64,000 nt of DNA from a virus (taxonomy: Duplodnaviria > Caudoviricetes), in the IMG/VR virus record IMGVR_UViG_3300028582_000252, positions 20,152 through 84,151 of that record. The stretch is one strand, 5' to 3'. The position numbers were made by a program, and so were the translations under genes. The number at the start of each line of letters is the position of its first letter. Position 1 is the stretch's first letter. Shown in pieces: positions 57,298 through 64,000 of this stretch. A model generated the notes under the pieces. That model ran no database searches and had not been told where the DNA came from. It saw only the letters and a list, made by a program, of their open reading frames with translations.

Positions 57298-57545
57298 TTT
57301 GACCTCCGTTTGCTTCCGCTCTGGCGGTCAAAACGAAGATCTGCATACGCAAAGAAGGCTACCCTTACCGTGACTGTATCGATTTTTCATTTCGATCCGC
57401 CACGACTATCCGGTAGCCGTTGAGCTTTATTAAGTTGTTTTTCACAGTACCGGGATACACCCTGGCCAGTCAGCTACTGTGAAAATGTGCACTCCTTTGT
57501 GCTGATTTAATTATTGCATTCTTTACATTTCCTGTGCACTCCCCG
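57298..57545 (-). promoter_or_regulatory. Structured leader and candidate operators of the sigma gene
   Basis: TTTGACC/GGTCAAA (overlaps SD), GGCTACC/GGTAGCC, TTTTCACAGTA/TACTGTGAAAA stems; TGTGCACTCC twice (57486, 57533). Confidence 0.55.
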
Positions 57546-57565
57546 CAAAATGTATGTTTTATGGC

Positions 57566-57609
57566 AAAAAAATAAGGCCGTATTCGACTTGCTAAGTCAA
57601 ATACGGCCA
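57566..57609 (-). terminator. Terminator after the ImmA-like gene
   Basis: GGCCGTATT.GACTT/AAGTC.AATACGGCC stem plus T-run. Confidence 0.8.
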
Positions 57610-57649
57610 TTTCATGCGCATTTTATACCCACATCCAGATGTTCTTTTT

Positions 57650-59521
57650 TTATATATATACTTTGCGTTTTCTCAGATACTCTCGTACATCTTCAATATT
57701 TCTACTTGCGAGAATATACATCGCAGTTCTAACCGCTAAATGATCAGGCTTTGATGAAATGAAAGGATGCGGTGATCTCTCCATTAAAGCTATATTCAAT
57801 ACAGATGGCAACTCCATAGCAAAAATGATAGCAACGATAGATTCAAATGTGCCTTGCGACTCACCTCTGAATATACGTTCTATCTGCGTTTGTGTCACAT
57901 TATCAACTCTTCTGGCTATTTCAGCATAGGTCAGATCCATAAATTTTCTACATGATTGCATGCATTTAGAGAAGTCTTTTGTAAAGTCATCAGCAATCTG
58001 ACTTGCCTTCATAATATAATCGCCTACTGCACCTGTAGGATCATCATGAGCAGAATTGGGCAATTCTCCATGAAATTCATAACTAAATTCAAATGGCGAG
58101 TGCTCATCTTTATTCAAGAAACATTCTGTATGATAACTTTCGCCATATGCATTTCCATTTTTTAATGAAAGATCAAATACTAATGCGCACTCATCCATGT
58201 TGTAACGAGCATAATCAGTCAGCACATGATTTCCTTTTTCATCTACTGCGATATATAAAGGACTTCTTAATATGAAATGTGCATCTATGTACTCATACTT
58301 ACCGCTTTCGACTTTCTCCCTTAGCCCAAGGTTGAAAAATGACTGAAGGGTTGCATCAATTTCACCGATTGAAAAGGTCTGGTTTCTCTCGATAGCCCCT
58401 TTTTTCCAGGAATGTGGAGCAACATATCTTTCATCAATGTAATTTAATGTTCCTGCAGCATCATGAAAGCCCGCATCAATCATACGTATTTTTGCGGCAG
58501 TAAGCGAAACATTGTAATCCGTACTGATTTCTCTGATTATAGGATCCATTGAATCGAGATAATCCATTCCCATTGCCTTATATTTTGCAATCAAATCGGA
58601 TACATGCCGTTTGAATCCGGCTATTGGCATTTGAATTCTAGGTGTTATGGCATTCGCCTGTCGTTCCATCCACTCTGTTGCCTTCCGGGTGTCTCCTTGA
58701 ACACCACCGACAACTAAACATCCAATTGATGTAGCATCTTTATTGTAAAGCCTTTCAAGTTCATACACCTTTTTATGTTTGTACCAGTGAAAGCACTCAT
58801 GAATGATGGTATTATCTAGCTGCCCTAATGTCTTCAGATAATTTGCAAGAGGATCGACTAAGATTGTTTTGCCTTTTACTGTTATGGTTTCTGGTTCATC
58901 AGAATCATTATATATTTCGACTTCGTCATCACAGAAATAAATTCGTCCAAAAATCGAACGATCCCTAGAAAGATTAACTGATTTTACATTCAAGCCAAGC
59001 GCAGAGGCTATTTTCATGGCATCAACAGGCACCGCAGAAGTTATGCACCTCTCACAATTGGCGGCCTTCAAAAATTCTGCTGCCACAGTATCATACTCTT
59101 CTTTATGTATATAAGGTACAAGTGAATCATCCAACGGCTTTGATGGCTGCGGCTTAGACAGATACTCCTCAGGATTTTTTACAATGCAATCGTCGAGATT
59201 ATTTTCCAGATTCCCCTTGCATGAAAATTTGAACCACTTAGTAGCATCTTCCTCCTTTTCACCGTACCTGTTGCTATACTGACATACTGTAAAATCAGCT
59301 TCTGCAAGAATATCAAATGCAATATCTGCACCAGGTAAATCGTTAACATACACCTGTTTTACAGTGACTTCCTGCAATTCAACATAATCCACGTATTCAA
59401 CATTGTATAGATTAACATGGAGATTATTTCTATTATGTATTAAGTATGTATTGATTTCGTTGAATAATTCATTATCAAAACGCTTTTCAACATATTCCCT
59501 GAATGATCTACTTGATGACAT
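57650..59521 (-). CDS. ImmA/IrrE-family metallopeptidase with C-terminal HTH
   Basis: TIIHECFHW (HExxH), MERQAN, VSLTAAKIRM; C-terminal LTYAEIARRV...TQIERI HTH-like. Confidence 0.85.
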   Translation of the reverse strand: MSSSRSFREYVEKRFDNELFNEINTYLIHNRNNLHVNLYNVEYVDYVELQEVTVKQVYVNDLPGADIAFDILAEADFTVCQYSNRYGEKEEDATKWFKFSCKGNLENNLDDCIVKNPEEYLSKPQPSKPLDDSLVPYIHKEEYDTVAAEFLKAANCERCITSAVPVDAMKIASALGLNVKSVNLSRDRSIFGRIYFCDDEVEIYNDSDEPETITVKGKTILVDPLANYLKTLGQLDNTIIHECFHWYKHKKVYELERLYNKDATSIGCLVVGGVQGDTRKATEWMERQANAITPRIQMPIAGFKRHVSDLIAKYKAMGMDYLDSMDPIIREISTDYNVSLTAAKIRMIDAGFHDAAGTLNYIDERYVAPHSWKKGAIERNQTFSIGEIDATLQSFFNLGLREKVESGKYEYIDAHFILRSPLYIAVDEKGNHVLTDYARYNMDECALVFDLSLKNGNAYGESYHTECFLNKDEHSPFEFSYEFHGELPNSAHDDPTGAVGDYIMKASQIADDFTKDFSKCMQSCRKFMDLTYAEIARRVDNVTQTQIERIFRGESQGTFESIVAIIFAMELPSVLNIALMERSPHPFISSKPDHLAVRTAMYILASRNIEDVREYLRKRKVYI

Positions 59522-59542
59522 TTCCTGATCACTACCTTTTCT

Positions 59543-61006
59543 CTATAATCCCAGTTCCTTAATATCCACTTTTTTGTTATTGATATAACATGAGAATATT
59601 ATGTTTGACGGCAAAAGACAAATTTGAATATCTTCCAGTCCGAGCGAGTTTAACATCTCCATCGACACATGCCCTTTGTTAACAAATTCACTACCCTCAT
59701 CTGGTAAAAGGAAGCAGTTTTTTATAGTATCAATTTTCTGCTTTTCAACAAAATCCTTATATGCCAGTTGATACAGATATTGTTTTGTTACTGATTCTAT
59801 TCCAGGGTAACCTCTCAAAGTCTTTTCTTTTTCCATGTGTAAATTGTAATATTTTGCATCAAATATTATAAATTGATAATCTTCTTCATTTTTAATTATT
59901 GTGATTAGATCTGGAATAAGCGTATCACTTGCCTTATGGCTGTAACCATCTCCGACCCAATTGGGTTTTTCAATAATATCTATGAGTCTGTCCTTTGGAT
60001 TAAATGAGTCATCAAGTACCTTAGGCAAAGAAAGGTCCTTTAAGCGCGACTGTAGTCTGTTATTGAATGCTTCCGCACATGTTTTTTCCCAGACCATATT
60101 AAATGCTGTTGTTCCGTACATACTGATTCCTTCGTTTTCCTCAAGCATTTTTTTATCCTGGGAAATGTATGTGTATATTGTCTTAAGTAAAATCTGACGT
60201 CGCGTATTGAACTGAACGCTCAACTCCGATAAAATTTTCCCTAAAATATAATCCCTGTCGCCAAAATCATCTATTACTTCATCTGTAAGGTGTATTGTTA
60301 CCATTTCAAACAATGCACTAAGCTGAGATTCATCAAGTTGCCTGGAACACTCTGTAAGAACTGCTTCATGCAATCGTTTGAAAAAATCCGTTTCATCATC
60401 TACAGATTTATGAGTATACAGTTCCATATAGTATGGTCGGTTTTCACTGATAATTGGAAAATTTTCATCAATGGTTTTATTCCACAGGATTTCTCCCTCG
60501 CCATTTACCTCTACTATGTCTTCACTTTTATTGTAAATACCGTATTCGTAGTAATCATTCAGCAAGAACAATATCACTGCCAAAAGATTAAAACTACGAT
60601 TCTCTCCGTCCCCGTTATACAGATTAACAATTTGTTCTTCCGAATTACTGTATTTTTCCAAAACCTTAAGTACCTGCTTCATTTCAGTTAATGGTTCATT
60701 TGCAGATAGAAGATACTTTGGATAAATTTTCAAAATCCGACGTCCGACTGTAATAACGCCTACATAAACAAATACATAGTAATGCTGATCATTACCTGCT
60801 GTTTCGTCTGCCACTTCTACATCTTCATCAATCAGGTCTGTCATTTCACGCTGCTCAGCACTATATTTAACTGCCTTGAGTATGTTATAGGCTTTTAATG
60901 TCTTGATAAAGCCTTCAACACCGATTTCATCAAACTCAAACATGGAGGCAAGTTCGTTCTTTGTATATCGTTTTTGCTCTCTCAGAAAGTGAGAAATGAT
61001 TTTCAT
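59543..61006 (-). CDS. LlaJI-family (McrC-like) restriction endonuclease
   Basis: IYPKY, FNMVWE, LIPDLI...IFDAKYY, KQYLYQLA PD-(D/E)xK motifs; follows the McrB-like gene. Confidence 0.88.
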   Translation of the reverse strand: MKIISHFLREQKRYTKNELASMFEFDEIGVEGFIKTLKAYNILKAVKYSAEQREMTDLIDEDVEVADETAGNDQHYYVFVYVGVITVGRRILKIYPKYLLSANEPLTEMKQVLKVLEKYSNSEEQIVNLYNGDGENRSFNLLAVILFLLNDYYEYGIYNKSEDIVEVNGEGEILWNKTIDENFPIISENRPYYMELYTHKSVDDETDFFKRLHEAVLTECSRQLDESQLSALFEMVTIHLTDEVIDDFGDRDYILGKILSELSVQFNTRRQILLKTIYTYISQDKKMLEENEGISMYGTTAFNMVWEKTCAEAFNNRLQSRLKDLSLPKVLDDSFNPKDRLIDIIEKPNWVGDGYSHKASDTLIPDLITIIKNEEDYQFIIFDAKYYNLHMEKEKTLRGYPGIESVTKQYLYQLAYKDFVEKQKIDTIKNCFLLPDEGSEFVNKGHVSMEMLNSLGLEDIQICLLPSNIIFSCYINNKKVDIKELGL

Positions 61007-61009
61007 AGG

Positions 61010-64000
61010 CTATCCTTCCTGATGATCATAATAGTCTTCCTTGAAACTTTCTCCAAATATATTCATACCCATTTCGTCAAATGCATCGCATACTGCAGAA
61101 TACTTTGTACTGTCACAACCTGCAAACAGTTTATGCTTGTGCTGCTTTCCGGCATCTTCATAAAGATACATCAGGACCTTACTTTTAAATGTGCTGCGGA
61201 ATTTCTCCGGATCCTTGATTGCATTATCAGTTTCGCTATTTGTTGCTATGACACTGTTTGAAAGGAAATATGGCCCTAACAGCTTATCTTCGTTTACCTT
61301 ATATTCCCTGGCAAGCTTCTCATTGATGGCTTTTCTGAATCGGTTCCAGCTTATGTTGCTATCACTATTTCCTTCAATGAGATCTACTGTTCCTACAACT
61401 TTTTCATCATTGGCATCGATTCCAAGGTATTCGAAGTCCCATCTTCTCTTGAAAGCCGTGTCCATAGGGAAAACCCCCTGGTCTGCACTATTCATAGTTG
61501 CCCATATAAACATATTATTTGGTAACATTATTTTCTTGTAATTATCCGGATGCCCACCTAGTTCTTTTGCCAGGAATTTTCTAATATCTTCACTCGCCTG
61601 GATCTCATACATACTGATGCCATTATCTGTTCTGTCAAGTAACTGAAATATGTCACCGAATACAGCAGCTACTTTTGCACGATTAATCTCTTCAATCAAT
61701 AGTATGTATGGCTGTGGATCATCTTCCCTGCTGTTTTTCAATGCCTCCACATAAATTCTCATAAATGGCCCTGGTACAAAATCATATCCTATTTTATCTG
61801 CTTCATACATAACCGGTTTATAGGTTCCAACAAACTGAGCATATGTGTAATCAGGATGGAAAGTGACGCGTTCGTAATCTCCGGTAGTTTCATCATTAAG
61901 GAGTTTTTTCCTGTCAACTTCCAATTCGAAGCTTTTTCCTGTTCCAGGGGCACCAAACACTATTCTGTTTAAAGGGAAATCGGTTTTCAGGCCCGTATCG
62001 TAATTCACGGGTACATATGGTTTTTCATCATTCATTGTATTGACCTCCAATTCATCCGAATCGAAATAATATTTCTTATAAAGATATAGTAAATTGTCTG
62101 GATCAGACATCTCAATACATGTTGTCAGATGTCCTTCGGCTTTATTTGGAAGTTCCTCATCTGGTGAGAAACAAAGATGCCATGTGCCAGGTCTGCAATG
62201 TGCCATATTTTCCTTCTCGTCAAAATAATACTCTCCAGGCTCATCAACAAAGCTAATCAGTTTTTCGCCATCCATAACCGTGAATATCGAATCCGCATTG
62301 GCATTGTAAAAGCTCAATATTTCACCTGCTTTGCGAGATGCAATTCGATTATCGTCTTTATAATATTTATCTAACAAGGATTCAAATACTGCCTTTTTAT
62401 TCAAATTGTTTCCTTGCCTAAATTCTTCAAGTGAGCCTATTTGCGGCCAACCTATAGCAACAATTTTTTTCTTTTTCCAATCAGCAGCATATTTTCCATC
62501 TTCATCACTACTTCCGAGACGGAGGAAATGTTTTACTCCACCAAATTTATCATAAAATGCATCACCAAAGAAAACATTATTGAGTCCTGTGTGTTTCTTT
62601 ACTATATTAATCTGTCCATTTTTCACATAGGACTTTTCACAAGGTCTAATACCCAAGGAATATAAAACATGATTTTGCCAGTCTGAAGAATAAAATATAG
62701 TAATCTTATCCGGATAAATCATTTGAAAATATTTCTGAAACCAAGCATACCCTGCATATTTACCAATTTCTTTATTAAGCAACTCATCTAATATTTCGTA
62801 ATCCTCTGGCGATTCCAACTGTGCTTCACCAATAATGTGGGCTCCACGTACAAGACAATCTCTTATATGTTTTCCCAATTCCAAAGCCTGTTCATTTGAT
62901 AAGCTTTCTTGTTTTACCGGACTACCGGTGTACCAAATCCCATCTTCCTTGTGTTGATATAAACCAAACTTAAGTGCAGATCCACCTGCTATACTACCAA
63001 AGTACACTTTCACCTGTGGATGAAATTCAAGCCAATAGCATAGGCTATCATTAGAAGCATCATTTGTATAAAACATGGTATGCAACAGGGCATCATCATT
63101 TAATGCTTCTAATTTATCTGGTGCGAATTTCTCACGAAACTCACTGACAATAGAAGCTATCTCTTCTTCAGACTCATTAAAAACCAGACCGTTTTCCGAA
63201 ATATGATCTTTAATTATCTGTGCTGCTTTAAGATATTCATCAGTGCTTAAATCATTTGCTTCGTCATCAACTATCGGTTGATCACAGTCCATATCAATGT
63301 TGTATATTTTCAAATTGCGAAGTCTTGCCTCATATTTTTCCAACACCTCTGGGGCAATTATAATATGTTTTCCCCCCGTCGTATCACTTTCATCTTCAGA
63401 CAGAAATCCCCATCTAGCAAGAATCATTATTGGCTTGCAATCAGCGTACTTATTAGCTTCTTCACCTAACTCAATCGTGCCAGAGCTTCTTAATGTTCTT
63501 AACTCTACCAACGTATCTGTATAATTTGCTCCCAAATCTTCAAGTTTCCACAACATAAAAGCAAATTCACGATAAGTCAAATATCCCAAATCCAATATTG
63601 CTCTTATATACAAAGCCGGCGGTTCAACATCTGAATTGCTATCTGGGCAACCATAATTGTTTCTACCGAATTTTACAGTTTCAAGAGCATTCATTAAAAC
63701 CGCTTGCAGTTGAGCAGTATCATTTGTTTTTATTGCTTCATACATCTGTTTACCAGAATCAGTTATCCTTCTTCTAGATTGAGTATTATGGATATCTTCC
63801 CAAATTGTAAATCCAAAGTACGAAGTAATCTGAGCTTTTTTTGTATAGGACGAAGAATACTGGTCATCTCCAATTATTGCTTTTAGCTTTGTTTTATACT
63901 CATCATTCGTAATCCAAGTTTCTGCTTCATAATAAATCTGTAAAACAGACTCTATTTCATTCAATAACGCACTGTTTTTTGGCATCACTATCTTACCCAT
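61010..64000 (-). CDS. McrB-family AAA+ GTPase with multiple N-terminal domains (start at window edge, may extend)
   Basis: GAPGTGKS, VTFHPDY.Y..FVG, IEEINRA, ATMNSAD, AFKRRW. Confidence 0.9.
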   Translation of the reverse strand: MGKIVMPKNSALLNEIESVLQIYYEAETWITNDEYKTKLKAIIGDDQYSSSYTKKAQITSYFGFTIWEDIHNTQSRRRITDSGKQMYEAIKTNDTAQLQAVLMNALETVKFGRNNYGCPDSNSDVEPPALYIRAILDLGYLTYREFAFMLWKLEDLGANYTDTLVELRTLRSSGTIELGEEANKYADCKPIMILARWGFLSEDESDTTGGKHIIIAPEVLEKYEARLRNLKIYNIDMDCDQPIVDDEANDLSTDEYLKAAQIIKDHISENGLVFNESEEEIASIVSEFREKFAPDKLEALNDDALLHTMFYTNDASNDSLCYWLEFHPQVKVYFGSIAGGSALKFGLYQHKEDGIWYTGSPVKQESLSNEQALELGKHIRDCLVRGAHIIGEAQLESPEDYEILDELLNKEIGKYAGYAWFQKYFQMIYPDKITIFYSSDWQNHVLYSLGIRPCEKSYVKNGQINIVKKHTGLNNVFFGDAFYDKFGGVKHFLRLGSSDEDGKYAADWKKKKIVAIGWPQIGSLEEFRQGNNLNKKAVFESLLDKYYKDDNRIASRKAGEILSFYNANADSIFTVMDGEKLISFVDEPGEYYFDEKENMAHCRPGTWHLCFSPDEELPNKAEGHLTTCIEMSDPDNLLYLYKKYYFDSDELEVNTMNDEKPYVPVNYDTGLKTDFPLNRIVFGAPGTGKSFELEVDRKKLLNDETTGDYERVTFHPDYTYAQFVGTYKPVMYEADKIGYDFVPGPFMRIYVEALKNSREDDPQPYILLIEEINRAKVAAVFGDIFQLLDRTDNGISMYEIQASEDIRKFLAKELGGHPDNYKKIMLPNNMFIWATMNSADQGVFPMDTAFKRRWDFEYLGIDANDEKVVGTVDLIEGNSDSNISWNRFRKAINEKLAREYKVNEDKLLGPYFLSNSVIATNSETDNAIKDPEKFRSTFKSKVLMYLYEDAGKQHKHKLFAGCDSTKYSAVCDAFDEMGMNIFGESFKEDYYDHQEG

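Larger units (their letters stand above)
13160..64000 (-). mobile_element. Prophage (siphovirus-like, serine-recombinase integrating); other end beyond the window
   Basis: Co-oriented replication, packaging, head, tail, lysis and recombinase modules ending at the rlmD junction. Confidence 0.92.

Noticed and set aside
1-64000. tRNA, rRNA, IS transposases, conjugation or antibiotic resistance genes
   Set aside because: None recognised by eye; small RNAs could be missed without a covariance-model search.

Overview
Firmicute-type (Clostridia-like) window made almost entirely of two integrated mobile elements in tandem, both read mainly on the minus strand. They are joined at about 13,160 by a displaced 3' end of the rlmD/rumA gene (HVETIALMSRNDK*), the usual target of serine-recombinase elements. 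(1) From about 13.2 kb to beyond 64 kb is an apparently complete long-tailed (siphovirus-like) prophage. In reading order it carries an McrB/LlaJI-type restriction pair, an ImmA/IrrE peptidase-HTH fusion, a sigma-like regulator, a replication module (DUF2800 nuclease, DUF2815 SSB, family-A polymerase, primase-helicase, VRR-NUC, SNF2), an ArpU-like activator, HNH/terminase, two DNA methyltransferases, HK97-type head and tail genes, holin/amidase, a SHOCT gene, three serine-recombinase genes, a fourth recombinase module and a VPA1262-like cargo gene. (2) From 1 to about 13.2 kb is the start of a second element with the same layout: a defence block (GmrSD-like nuclease, CglI/NgoAVII-type three-gene R-M system, NACHT NTPase split by one stop codon), then a sigma-like gene and an SNF2 helicase. 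The most notable signals are a nested alternative-frame gene with its own RBS inside a multi-module C5 methyltransferase, a four-copy fixed-spacing promoter-like motif linking replication genes and the SHOCT gene to the phage sigma factor, a second regulon motif, an internal McrB-S-like start, a -1 frameshift with stimulatory hairpin, a duplicated ori-like segment and structured leaders upstream of both sigma genes. All family assignments come from motif recognition by eye; no database searches were run.
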